Part shown: positions 42,033-53,804 of the stretch, piece by piece
How positions within the stretch are numbered: position 1 is the stretch's first letter
How the letters are laid out: each line of letters starts with the position of its first letter
DNA from: Eledone cirrhosa
Lineage: Eukaryota
Assembly: GCA_964016885.1 (NCBI GenBank)
Contig: OZ024741.1
Coordinates: 271,684,001-271,748,000, forward strand
Length of the DNA stretch: 64,000 nt
Direction: 5' to 3'
Made by a program: the position numbers and the translations under genes
Notes under the pieces: generated by a model
Database searches by the model: none
What the model was told of the DNA's origin: nothing
The model's input: only the letters and a program-made list of their open reading frames with translations

Positions 42033-42332
42033 AGAAGCACATGGCCTTGTGGTAAAGGTATTGGACTTACGATCATAATGTCGTGGGTTCAATTCCTGGG
42101 TTGGGTTGCATGTTGTGTTCTTGAGCAAAGACACTTCATTTCACATTGCTCCAGTGTACTCAGCTGAAAATGAGTACCATCAATGGCTGGGACTTTAACC
42201 CTGCGATGAACTGGTGCCTTGTCCAATGTGGGTGAGAGGATGTCTTGTACTCTCAGCTGCTTCACGCCATGTAGAGATAATTATCAGCCTAATGAGCCTT
42301 CTAGCTTCCAGACTTTAGACAAGAGAGACTTT
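42033..42332 (+). mobile_element. tRNA-derived SINE
   Basis: A box TGGCCTTGTGG (42042), B box GGTTCAATTCC (42086); body tgtgttcttgagcaaagacacttcatttcacattgctccag; flanked by (TATG)n. Confidence 0.8.
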
Positions 42333-42609
42333 GATGTATGTATGTATGTGTGTATGTGTGTGTGTATGTATGTGTGTGTATGTATGTGTGTGTGTATGTG
42401 TGTGTGTGTATGTATGTATGCATGTGTGTATGTATGGGTGTGTGTGTGTATGTATGTGTGTGTGTATGTATGTATGTATTTACTTCAACAGTTTCATTCA
42501 TTTGATATCATCATGAATGTCCTCATAATATCAAACAAATGAAACTGTTCTTCTATTCTCTGCCCCCATGACCCTCTCAGGAATAAGTGGGCAAAGAAGA
42601 TGAAGAAGG

Positions 42610-45333
42610 TTTAGCAAATTGGTTTATTTGTTTAATCTTCTCCGGAAGATACCGCTGGTAACCAACCACTAATTCAATAAGAAAGAAGATGTATAGAGCT
42701 GCTCGTCAGAATGAGGCCGGCAGCGAATAAGAGAGTGAGAAACACAAGTCTCGTCTATTTATTATGCCTACGGGAAGTAACTCTAATTAATTCTCTTTTT
42801 TTTTACCATAGGTGTCGCTCCAATACTCTCCTCCAGACAAGAGGTGAATAACCCCAAGGTAATTGTAGCGACACCACAAGAAATTGGGATCAAGGCAAAG
42901 GTATGAAAAAGGTAGATGAAAAAACAATACAAAAAAAGAAACTCTATAGTTAAAGAAAACTTTCAACTGTTAAGAAACAAGGTAAAGAAAAGCATGTAAT
43001 ACACAATACAAAAAAGGCTCCATAGTGGCCAGTTCAGATAAAAACTGTTTGACAAAATCTTTTGGGCCAGTGGACTCTTCGACCGGAACGGGTCGTGGTC
43101 TTGTTTGTAGGTGAAGGTGGGGTAGAAGGAGCAGGTGTATGTACAACAGTGAAAGAGGGGGGTGTATGTAGCTCAGGTGTATGAGCGTCAGTGTATGCCC
43201 TTTTCAGTCTGTCAACCGAAATTGTCTCTCTGGGTCGCTTAATGTCTACAGTAAAATGTTTGTTAGTACGTGCTAACACACGGTAGGCTCCATAGTACGA
43301 TTGTGTGAAAGGTGGTCTAACAGTGTCATCTCTGACAAAGACATGTGTCCACGAGGCAATATCCCTCGGGACTGCAATTTTAACAGTTTGTTTCCTGGTA
43401 TCCATAGGCGGTAAGTCCTGAAAATACGAGCGCAAACAAGATACATAGGAAAGGGGATCTTGAGTAGCAAGATCAACAGGGGCAAGCATTTGCCCAGGCA
43501 ACGCTAGAGGAGCACCATACAACAATTCAGCTGGGGAGAACCCAAGGTCCTCCTTTATTGAAGACCAAATTCCTAACAACAAATGGTAGGCGTCTCCAGC
43601 GGCAGCGATGAAGAATATTGGGCTGATCGTTGGAGCACTGGCTTTTCGACCACGAATTGAGAAACCGGTGATGTCATCCACCAGGCGTTGGCCTCAGACA
43701 TCTACAGTCAAGGAGAAATTGTGGAGGAAATCCACTCCAAAGATTGGATATGGCAAGTCAGTGACCATAAAAATCCATTTAAAATCCCTACGAAGATTTT
43801 AGAATTTGAGGGAAAGCGAGATTTGTCCATATGTCTTTATAGGCGAGTGATTAACAGCCTGCAGAGTAATGGATGATTCGACAAGGGTATCCTTCATGTA
43901 ATGGACCAGCCAAATACTACAGGAGGCTCCTGTATCCACGAGGAAGGATCTTCAGACAGGAGGTCCTTAATGAAGAAGTGGCGGTTTGAGGGCTTTACGC
44001 TGAGGTCAACTGCCACTCTCAGCGAACCTCTCTGACGTTTCCCGACTTTACGAATGAACAAGGCTGTATAGAGTGGTTCGCGTTCTCAGCAAAATGCTCG
44101 TGGTACCAGCATAAAGATGAATTGTTGGCGGGGGAGTTGGTGTGACGATGAGAAGAAGAAGAAGACCGCCTTCATGAACGCCACCTAGATGACGTTCGAT
44201 GCTGACACAGTTTAGCCACTTGACGTGTTAACGCATCAATGGCTCTCAACATGGCATCCTCACGAGGTGAGACAGGCTGGTTTTTAAAGGCAGAAGAAGC
44301 GACGACCGAATCCGCCGAGGTAGGTTCTCTAGAAAATTCTGTAATTCAGTCCGCAGAAGCAACAATCTGTTCTAAGGAACTGGTGTCGACCATATTCGCC
44401 AATATGGTCTGCACATTGTTTAGCAAACGGGAGAAGAATAGCTTCTTTACGAAGGAATTATCCTCGGTGGTTGAATCGCTAAGTTCCCGGTTACGCCGTA
44501 AAAACTCTGAAGGAGTTCTGTCGCCCAAATTTTCCTCTAACAAGAACGAAATCTACTTTCAGACGACCGACTGTTCCTACGGATCATTTCTGCTTTTAAG
44601 GAGTCGTAAGAGGTGCCTTTTGGAGGATCTGTAATGATGTCCTTAAAGTGTGGTTGCCAGCGAAGCGGGAATTCCACTAACGAGCACGTGTACTTTCTGT
44701 TGTGCCGCTTGAACCTTGTTGGCAGCAAAATATGAATCCAACTGGACAAACCACAATTTAGCATCGCCAGAAAATGCCGGTAATGATGAGTTGCTCATAA
44801 TTGACACAGTGGACGCTGAACGAGAAATTACTTCGTCGTTTTTTTTCTTCAACTACCGCACACGTGGTAGTACCATGGATAACTTAAGTAAATGTAACAC
44901 TGAACAAGCAAAGATGTGTCACAAAGATGGCAACTTCAAAACGAAAGCTTGGTCGAACAACAGACACGAGAGATAATTTTCAGAAAAATATTGTGTTCAA
45001 AACGAAGGAGTCCAGTTTTAGCGTTTGTTCTTTTTTCTGGGTTACCAGTTTAGCGAATTGGTTTATTGGTTTAATCTTCTCCGGAAGATACCGCTGGTAA
45101 CCAACCACTAATTCAATAAGAAAGAAGATATAGAGAGCTGCTCGTCAGAACAAGGCCAGCAGCGAATAAGAGAGTGAGAAACGCAAGTCTCGTCTATTTA
45201 TTATACCTACGGGAAGTAACTCTAATTAATTCTCTTTTTTTTTACCATAGGTGTCGCTCCAATACTCTCCTCCAGACAAGAGGCGAATAACTCTAATTAA
45301 TTCTCTTATTTTTTTACCCTAGAGGTCGCTACA
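42610..45333 (-). mobile_element. Internally deleted Ty3/Gypsy LTR retrotransposon (non-autonomous, 2.7 kb)
   Basis: LTRs at 42610-42852 (partial) and 45049-45333; 4-bp TSD AAGG; PBS TGGTAACCC at 45047-45039; gag (LWFVQLDSYF, CWYH); protease FLVDTGAS; integrase C-terminus (SPAELLYG..LPG, ISVDRLK). RT and RNase H absent. Confidence 0.92.
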
Positions 45334-45519
45334 AAGGTTTTGGTTATGGTCTTTCCAAGTGGCACACTCATATACAGGGTATTTGGATAAGGTTGTGATA
45401 GTAAAAAAAGGTTGTTTTTAAAAAATGCTTAGAAATTCAAAATGAACAATTTGTTACACCAGCTGCAAATTTCACGGCAATTATCAAACTGACACAGATT
45501 TTTGTGAAAAAAATAGGTC

Positions 45520-45950
45520 TGTATGTGTGTGTGTATATGTTTATATATATATATATATATGTATGGATTATGTCTGATTATGCACCCGTATAAATACATA
45601 CATACATCCATACATATATACATATAAACATACATATATACATATAAACATACATACATATATACATATAAACATACATACATACATATAAAAATATATA
45701 CATATATACATATAAACATACATACATACATATATACATATAAACATACATACATACATATAAACATATATACATATATACATATAAACATACATACATA
45801 CATACATTCATACATGGTTGCCCTCTCGTTATCGAGAATGGCCATACATACATACATGCATGCATATACATACATACATACATATACACATACATATATA
45901 TATATATATACACACACACACATATATATATATATACCTAAACACATAGA
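45520..45950. repeat. Compound (TA)n/(TACA)n microsatellite
   Basis: Direct reading. Confidence 0.9.
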
Positions 45951-46067
45951 CTAATCTAATTTATTCACTTACAATCGTCTCCAGGTTTACAGCAATACAG
46001 ACCAGAGGCTTAAAAAAATTTAACCAAAATCAACCCCCAAAAATAGAAAAGTCTTTAAAAATTCACC

Positions 46068-46224
46068 ATGAAGCTCCTGGTGATTTTGTCATGCTTTCTG
46101 TATGTTAATGCAAACAAGATGTTTAATGGAACTATTAAGGATGCTATGCTGAATATGCACGGTTTATCAAAACTTGTCGGATTCCTCAACGAGACAGACA
46201 CTTTTGATAAATTTGATTTAACCG
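46068..46224 (+). CDS. Secreted fasciclin (FAS1) domain protein, TGFBI/periostin-like: coding exon 1
   Basis: ACCATGA start context; signal-peptide-like MKLLVILSCFLYVNA; donor G|GTGAAT in phase 1, joining exon 2 as LTG-PYTIFAP. A possible upstream acceptor ctccag| at 45984 implies a non-coding first exon. Confidence 0.8.
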
Positions 46225-46299
46225 GTGAATACAATTTATATATTATTTATTTTATTAGTTTCAGTTCGGTCATTGACCAATGCTATGTTGAGTGGGGAT

Positions 46300-47040
46300 G
46301 GGGGTGTCATTGTGATCATGTTGGAGGCACTGTGGCCACATTGAAAGCATTGTGGTCATGCTAGGGCCACTGTGACAATGCTGGGACATTGTTGCCATGC
46401 AAGAGCCGCAGTGACAATGCTGGGGGGATTGCAGCTTTGGTAGGGCCACAGTGGCAATGCTGGGACATTGTGGTCATGCTTGACCCACTGTGGTAATGCT
46501 GTGGGGATTGCGGCTTTGGTAGGGCCACTGAGGCAATGCAGGGGTACTGTGACCATGGTAGGGCCACTGTGGTAATGCTGGGGGCACTATAGCCATGGCA
46601 GGGTCACTGTGGCAATGCTGTGGGCACTGTGGCCATGATAGGGTCACTTGGCCATGTTGGAGGCACTGTGGCCATGATAGGGTCATTTGGCCATGCTGGA
46701 GGCATTGTGGCCATGATAGGGTCACTTGGCCATGTTAGAGGCACTGTGGCCATGATAGGGTCATTTGGCCATGTTGGAGGCACTGTGGCCATGATAGGGT
46801 CATTTGGCCATGTTGGAGGCACTGTGGCCATGATAGGGTCACTTGGCCATGTTGGAGGCACTGTGGCCATGATAGTGTCACTTGGCCATTCTGGAGGCAC
46901 TGTGGCCATGATAGGGTCACTTGGCCATGCTGGAGGCATTGTGGCCATGATAGTGTCACTTGGCCATGTTGGAGGCACTGTGGCCATGATAGGGTCACTT
47001 GGCCATGCTGGAGGCATTGTGGCCATGCTATGGGCACCAT
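46300..47040. repeat. 39-bp minisatellite with degenerate left flank (intron 1)
   Basis: ggccatgatagggtcacttggccatgttggaggcactgt, ~10 clean copies at 46625-47030. Confidence 0.92.
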
Positions 47041-47297
47041 GACTATGCTTGTAAACTACTCAATCACACAGTCATATCTGCACCTATATATATAACAAAT
47101 TTAATATAGAGATGGCTTCTACAGGACTAGAACTGTTTCATTCAAAAGAAATCATCAGGCTTTCCTTGTGATTTTCTTCGAATGAAACATATATATATAT
47201 ATATATGTATGTAAAAGGTAAACAGAAATAACAACACAATCGGTACAGTATATGGAAGGGATATATTAGGTTAATGCTTGATATAGCAGGAAGAGGG

Positions 47298-47333
47298 TCT
47301 TAACGTTTCGGACGCTAGTCCTTCATCAGAAGA
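47298..47333 (-). ncRNA. Minimal hammerhead ribozyme motif, Penelope-like-element type
   Basis: Minus strand UCUU-CUGAUGA-A-GGAC(UAGC)GUCC-GAAAC-GUU-AAGA: 4-bp stem I, 4-bp stem II, loopless palindromic stem III. Confidence 0.65.
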
Positions 47334-47454
47334 AAGAATGAGAAATAAGATAGATTGAGGAGACGGGCGGGTTGGAATTGGATAAAATGTCTTTTGATAA
47401 ACATAACAGGTCCATTCATGTTGACATCTCTTGCAAATATATATATATATATAT

Positions 47455-47630
47455 ATCATCATCATCATCATTTCATTTTACGTCCGCTTTTACCTGCTTG
47501 CAAGGGTGGGACGGGAACTGATTCTGGCTTGATTTCTACAGCTGGATGCCCTTCCTAACACCAACCTCATTTACAGTGAGTGCTGGGTGTTTTTTTGCCG
47601 TGGCACCTCCACGACCACTTTGCAGTAGAA
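47455..47630 (-). mobile_element. Bipartite RTE-derived short element
   Basis: Reverse complement of the RTE tail at 57030-57085 joined to the aggaagggcatccagctgtagaaa motif. Confidence 0.7.
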
Positions 47631-47659
47631 TGATATGGACCCCAGTCCCTATCATCTCA

Positions 47660-48060
47660 TTTCTACAGTTGAGTAAACTGGAGCAATGTGAAATAAAGTG
47701 TCTTGCTCAAGGAAACAACACATCACCCAAACATAAACATATATATAAATGTACACACATATATACATTTATATATCTTTAAATACACAATGTAAACAAA
47801 ACAACAGGGTTCAGTACTTAATTAATCCATTGGTGAAGGATTAATTCATCCTAGTCTATCACATGTTTTAACTCCACAGCTATTGCTGGTACTCACTCTC
47901 AGTTGAGTGTACTGAAACAACATGAAATAGAGTGTTTTGCTCAAGAACGCAATGTTTAAATTTGTATACACTCTAATGTATTGATACCTTACCAGGAATC
48001 AAACCAATGACATTATGATCATTAGCCCAACATCCTAACCAATACGCCATGTGGCTTCAC
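47660..48060 (-). mobile_element. Two decayed tRNA-SINE fragments
   Basis: Reverse matches to the 42033 SINE body at ~47665-47730 and ~47885-48060. Confidence 0.6.
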
Positions 48061-48159
48061 AGGAGTTACGTATATTAATACCTTATTACTTGAATTATAA
48101 TGGATATCTCTATATCTTATTGTATGTATATTTAGGCTTGTTTAAGTAGAATTATGTTG

Positions 48160-48415
48160 GTAACTACCACAAAACACCCAGCCCACACTGTAAAGTGGTC
48201 GTGTAGGTGTCACGTCAAAAAGCACCCAGCACAAAGCACACACTGTAAATGTGGTTCGCGCTAGGAAGGGCATCCAGCCATAGAAAATCAGTCAGAAACA
48301 GTCCTATATGAGTGAGACACAGTCACCTGACCCAACTTACCTCTAAATTGGACAAACCCATCTAACCCATGCTACCATGGAAGATAGACATTAAACGATG
48401 ATGATGATGATGATT
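48160..48415 (+). mobile_element. RTE-derived short element with (GAT)n tail
   Basis: aggaagggcatccagccatagaaa ... aacccatgctaccatggaagatagacattaaac(gat)n. Confidence 0.7.
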
Positions 48416-48430
48416 ATATATATATATATA

Positions 48431-49310
48431 CAGTGTGCGGACGATATTTGTTCGCAAGATTAGTGTCTAGGAAAATATAACACAGTTGTTTTATTTTTTA
48501 AGATTTATTTATCAAACTTAGGTCAGTTTGTCTTCATGACTTGTTCTTTCGATCTCACTCGATAAACCCGCCATTGGCTTTGATGACGGCCTCAAGGCAG
48601 CCTCGGAACCGGCTACAGGCCTTCGTCACTGTCCCCCGACTTAGGTCCCTTGTGATCCTGGCCTTCAGATCGTCTTTCGTATTGCAGCTAGATCTGTTGA
48701 TGTCTCGTTCCACTGCGCCCCACACAAAGAAGTTGAAGGGGTTGAAGTCAGGCGAGCTGGGAGGCCAGATGTCAGGTGAAGTGTGGTCGACGAAGTTCTC
48801 TGACAGCCAGGCTTGGGTCATTCGGCTGGTATGGCAGGGCGCTGAGTCTTGCTGCCACACGTACGGCCTACCTGCAGCTACCTGGTCAATCCAGGGCTTT
48901 ACTACCTCGCTCAGAATGCGAATGTAGCCATCGATGTTCAGCTTGAGGCCCTCAGGGAAGAAGTGAGGTAGCATGACGTCACCTTGACTGCTGACGACAC
49001 CTAAGACCAATGTTGTCGCTGGAAACTTTGTCTGCATGACTCTGGGCACATCTTTAGATGAGACAGCGAGCCACCTGTTGTTCTGGGAGTTGATCTTCTG
49101 GTCTTATTTGTCCTCCTGGTGCAGATTCCAAGAACTCCGTCTCTCTTCCACAAATTTGGAGGTTCAAAATTATTCATAATCAATTATTCTGAAAATAAAT
49201 AATGGAAATATAGTCACTGTTTTTATGAAGACAAGAGTCACAACGGAAGTAAAAAAAATTTGCATAAAATTAGCAGTTGAAAATTGCGAACAAATATCGT
49301 CCGCACCCTG
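48431..49310 (-). mobile_element. Internally deleted Tc1/mariner transposon, DD37D (maT)-type
   Basis: 26-bp TIRs CAG(T/G)GTGCGGACGATATTTGTTCGCAA with TA flanks. Transposase WQQDSAPCH...WPPSSPDFNPFN has 37 residues between the second D and the third catalytic position (N here). HTH region and first D are missing. Confidence 0.92.
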
Positions 49311-49512
49311 TATATATATATGTCACCCTTGCAAGCAGGGGAAAAGCGGACGTAAAATGATGATGATGATGATATATATATATATATATAAACATATATA
49401 TGTATGCATGTAATATTTATTCTTTTTCATATTTCTTTTCTTCTTTTTTTCATGGTTTCCACTCCACTAACCACCCACCCACTACACAATCATCATCATC
49501 ATCATCATCTAG

Positions 49513-49727
49513 GACCATACACTATTTTTGCCCCAAACAACCGAGCTATACATGACTTGGGTACTGCTAAAATTGAAGCGATGAAGAACAACACAGTGTT
49601 ACTGGAGAAGATCATTAAGTACCATATAGTAATGGGTCATTACACTCACTCAGACTTCATTAACGACATGTCGTTAACCTCAACTGAAAACGATGACATC
49701 AGAATAAATATTTACAAGGCAAAACAT
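49513..49727 (+). CDS. FAS1 protein coding exon 2
   Basis: Acceptor ctag|GA; PYTIFAPNNRA (H1 motif) and KYHIV; donor CAT|GTGAGT in phase 0. Confidence 0.92.
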
Positions 49728-49739
49728 GTGAGTATTGGT

Positions 49740-50065
49740 TTTTATTGTTGTTGTTGGTGGTTGTGGTGGGGTGGGGTATAGTGGTGGTGGTATTGCTGTT
49801 CTTGTGTTGATGTTGTTGCTCTTGGTGTTGGTGGCAGCATTATTGTTGTTGGTGGTAGTGCTGGTGTTGCTGTTCTTGTTGCTATTGTCGCTGTTCTTGG
49901 TGGTGGTGGTGGTGGTGGTGGTGGTGGTGGTGCTACTGGTACTGGTGGTGGTGTTGGTGGTAGTGGTGGTGGTGTTGGTGGTGATAGTGGTGTTGTTCTT
50001 GTTGATGGCATGGAGGCTATTGTTTTTGGAGGTGATTGTAGTGTTGTTGTTGATGGTGTTGGGGG
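49740..50065. repeat. Degenerate (GGT/TGT)n microsatellite
   Basis: Direct reading. Confidence 0.85.
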
Positions 50066-50109
50066 TATTGTTTCTTTGGTCTGATCTGATGATCAGCTCC
50101 TTTCTTCTG

Positions 50110-51641
50110 CCTTGAATTTTTCCAGGTGAGCGTCCAGCATATGGAGTTTAAGCAACATCCTGCATCCCATTGTGCCAAAAGCCTTTATCAGATCCTGCAC
50201 CAGTTGCTGGTAGTTTTCAGCTCTGTAGTTGCTCAGGAAGCCCTTAACAACTGCCTTGAAACAGTTCCATGCTGTTCTCTCAATCCTATTGAGCTCATTG
50301 GAGAACTCGGTAGACTTAAACACCTTCTTTATCTGAGGTCCAACAAAAATTCCACCTTTGATTTTGGCCTCAGATAACTTGGGGAAGAACTCAAGAAGGT
50401 ACTTAAAAGCGGCTGATTCTTGGATGAGAGCCTTCAGAAACTGCTTCATCAACCCTAACTTAATGTGCAGTGGCGGCATGAGCACAATCCTGGGATCAAC
50501 CAGTGGCTCCCACATGACGTTCCGGGTCCCAACTACAAATTCTGTTCGCTGCTCCCAGTTCTTTCTTTTGTAGTGGTCAGAGGTGGCTCTGCTGTCCCAA
50601 AGGCAGAGGAAGCATTAGAATTTGATAAAGCCTCCTTGGAGTCCAAGCAGGAAAGCCACCATCTTGAAGTCTCCAATGATTTCAAAATTGTACTGGTTGT
50701 ATTGCAGAGCTTCCAAGAGGACTTTCATACTGTAGTAATCTTCCTTCAGGCAGACTGAATGAGCTAGGGGCAGTGTCGGGAACTTGTTTCCATTGTGGAG
50801 AAGGACATCCTTCAAACTTGTAGTGGAGCTGTCTATAATTAGCCGCCACTCCTTGGGCAGAAACGGCACCCCAATAACGTCAAACAGTCCAGGCACGTCA
50901 TGGCAGAAACAGAGGCCATCCCTAAGAGTGTAAAAGCCTGAGAAAGGTTTGTGTCGACTTCTCTGACTTGTCACCTGCACTTCCTCTTTGGCCAAGTTCC
51001 ACTGCTTCATCCTGGAGACGAATAGCTCTGCATTGGACTTGGTCAGACCCATATCCCTGACCAAGTCATTGACTTCTTTTTGGTTTGGGAAGTGAGGAAC
51101 TTTTTCTGGTACCTCAGGCAGGTAATCTAAGTCCTCAGCATCCATCTCCTCCTCTTCATCAGAATACTTGTCTTGGAAAATAAATTTTATATGCAATACA
51201 AAATAGATATTGGAAAGTGAAATACATATTTAAATAATATAAAAGAACACTAATCATACTAATGAAAATTTGTGCTTAAAACACAACTTACCCTTTATTC
51301 AGGGTGCAAAAATCCAGTATCAATAAATCTCTTTAATCCACTTTTTAACAAATTTATACTTTATTGCACTTTTATAATTTTCTTTAGGTATTACTCTTTA
51401 TTTTATCATTTTAATTTAACCTGAAACATATATTAAAAAAATCATTTAACATAAGCAAATTAAACTTACATACAACATAAAATCCAGCATACAAATAATC
51501 CTAGTGAATAGCTTAGAATTTTTACAAACCCAAACTTTTAACTGTTTAATAGCACTTTTTTATTTATTTGGGACCTAAGCAACACAAAAAAAGTGATTAC
51601 AAGCCAGGAACAGAGAAAAAAAAATTTTTTGTTACACAGTG
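50110..51641 (-). mobile_element. Truncated DNA transposon, Chapaev3 (CMC)-like
   Basis: Transposase motifs WRLIIDSS, LLHNGNK, GDFKMVAFLLGLQGG, PPLHIKLGLMKQF, FPKLSEAKIKGGIFVGPQI. Minus strand starts CACTGTGTAAC next to TAA. Probable intron at ~51170-51291. Family assignment is from recalled motifs, not a search. Confidence 0.7.
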
Positions 51642-51644
51642 TAA

Positions 51645-52755
51645 TCAGCTCCTTTCTTCTGACAGCAGTTGTGACAACAGATAGTATCAGCAATGGAAAG
51701 ACTAATGGAAACATTGTTTCTTTGGTCTCATCTGATGATCAGCTCCCTTCTTCTGACAGGAATTGTGACAACAGATAGTATCAGCAATGGAAAGACTAAT
51801 GGAAACATTGTTTCTTTGGTCTCATCTGATGATCAGCTCCCTTCTTCTGACAGCAGTTGTGACAACAGATAGTATCAGCAATGGAAAGACTAATGGAAAC
51901 ATTGTTTCTTTGGTCTCATCTGATGATCAGCTCCTTTCTTCTGACAGCAGTTGTGACAACAGATAGTATCAGCAATGGAAAGACTAATAGAAACATTGTT
52001 TCTTTGGTCTCATCTGATGATTAGCTCCCTTCTTCTGACAGGAGTTGTGACAACAGATAGTATCAGCAATGGAAAGACTAATAGAAACATTGTTTCTTTG
52101 GTCTCATCTGATGATTAGCTCCCTTCTTCTGACAGGAGTTGTGACAACAGATAGTATCAGCAATGGAAAGACTAATAGAAACATTGTTTCTTTGGTCTCA
52201 TCTGATGATCAGCTCCTTTCTTCTGACAGGAGTTGTGACAACAGATAGTATCAGCAATGGAAAGACTAATAGAAACATTGTTTCTTTGGTCTCATCTGAT
52301 AATCAGCTCCTTTCTTCTGACAGGAGTTGTGACAACAGATAGTATCAGCAATGGAAAGACTAATAGAAACATTGTTTCTTTGGTCTCATCTGATGATCAG
52401 CTCCTTTCTTCTGACAGGAGTTGTGACAACAGATAGTATCAGCAATGGAAAGACTAATAGAAACATTGTTTCTTTGGTCTCATCTGATGATCAGCTCCTT
52501 TCTTCTGACAGCAGTTGTGACAACAGATAGTATCAGCAATGGAAAGACTAATAGAAACATTGTTTCTTTGGTCTCATCTGATGATCAGCTCCCTTCTTCT
52601 GACAGGAGTTGTGACAACAGATAGTATCAGCAATGGAAAGACTAATAGAAACATTGTTTCTTTGGTCTCATCTGATGATTAGCTCCCTTCTTCTGACAGG
52701 AGTTGTGACAACAGATAGTATCAGCAATGGAAACATTGTTTCTTTGGTCTCATCT
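51645..52755. repeat. 94-bp minisatellite, ~12 copies, ending ~30 bp before exon 3
   Basis: tcagctc recurs at 51645, 51739 and 51833; a partial unit also lies at 50067-50109. Confidence 0.95.
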
Positions 52756-52786
52756 TTTCAGATATTTTATTCTTTGTGTCTTTCAG

Positions 52787-52973
52787 GTTGTCACAGCTGA
52801 AGGTTGCGAAATCATAAACTTTGACAACATTGCCAGTAATGGTGTTATACATGTTATTAATGAGATGATGTTGCCACCAGATGGCAGGATTGCTGATATC
52901 TTGGCCATAGATCCAGAATTTTCGATATTATACTCTTTGATAAAAGGCACTAAATTTATTGACATTCTAAATG
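52787..52973 (+). CDS. FAS1 protein coding exon 3 (end of first FAS1 domain, start of second)
   Basis: Acceptor tctttcag|GTT; H2 motif NIASNGVIHVINEMMLPP; donor G|GTCAGT in phase 1. Confidence 0.93.
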
Positions 52974-53192
52974 GTCAGTGTAATTTTCCTTATACATTGC
53001 ATGTGTATTGTGTGTGTGTATTGTATGTATGTGTGTATATATATGTGTGTACATGTATGTGTGTGTATATGTGTGCATGTATGTATATGTGTGTGTGTGT
53101 GAGAGTGAGAGAGCGTGTGTGTGAGAGAGAGTGTGTGTGTATGTGTGTGTATAACTATGTGTATGTATATGTGTGAGAGGAGAAAGAGAGAA

Positions 53193-53223
<31 letters not shown>

Positions 53224-53339
53224 GAAAGAAAGAGAAAGAAAGAGAAAGAGAGAAAGAAAGAGGAAGAGAGAGAAAGAGAGACAGGGGGAGATGGCCATAT
53301 AAAAGGAGTAGGACATATGGACTAGTTGTCATGTGATTA

Positions 53340-53675
53340 CGATGCATATATCAATGACTCATGTATAACACTACAAGTACATGCATATATCAATGACTCA
53401 TGCATAACACTACATGTAGATGGATATATCAGTGACCCATGTATAACACCACATCAGTGGCTTATGTATAATACATGTACATGTATATATCAATGACTCA
53501 TGTATAACACTATATGTACATGTATGTATCAATGGCTCATGTATAACACTACTTGTACATGTATATATCAATGACTCGTGTATAACACTACATGTACATG
53601 TATATATCAGTGATCCATACATGATATAGACATGTATATGTATATATCAGTGGTTCATATATAACACTACATGTA
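53340..53675. repeat. Degenerate ~39-bp minisatellite
   Basis: catgtatatatcaatgactcatgtataacacta repeated ~7 times; several copies contain TGACTCA. Confidence 0.75.
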
Positions 53676-53688
53676 CATATATATATAG

Positions 53689-53775
<87 letters not shown>

Positions 53776-53804
53776 TATATATATATATATATTTTTTTTT
53801 TTAT

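Noticed and set aside
42033-42105. tRNA gene
   Set aside because: A and B boxes are present but there is no good cloverleaf, and the sequence continues into a SINE body found elsewhere in the window.
46604-47042. 140-aa repeat ORFs on both strands
   Set aside because: Translations of the 39-bp minisatellite.
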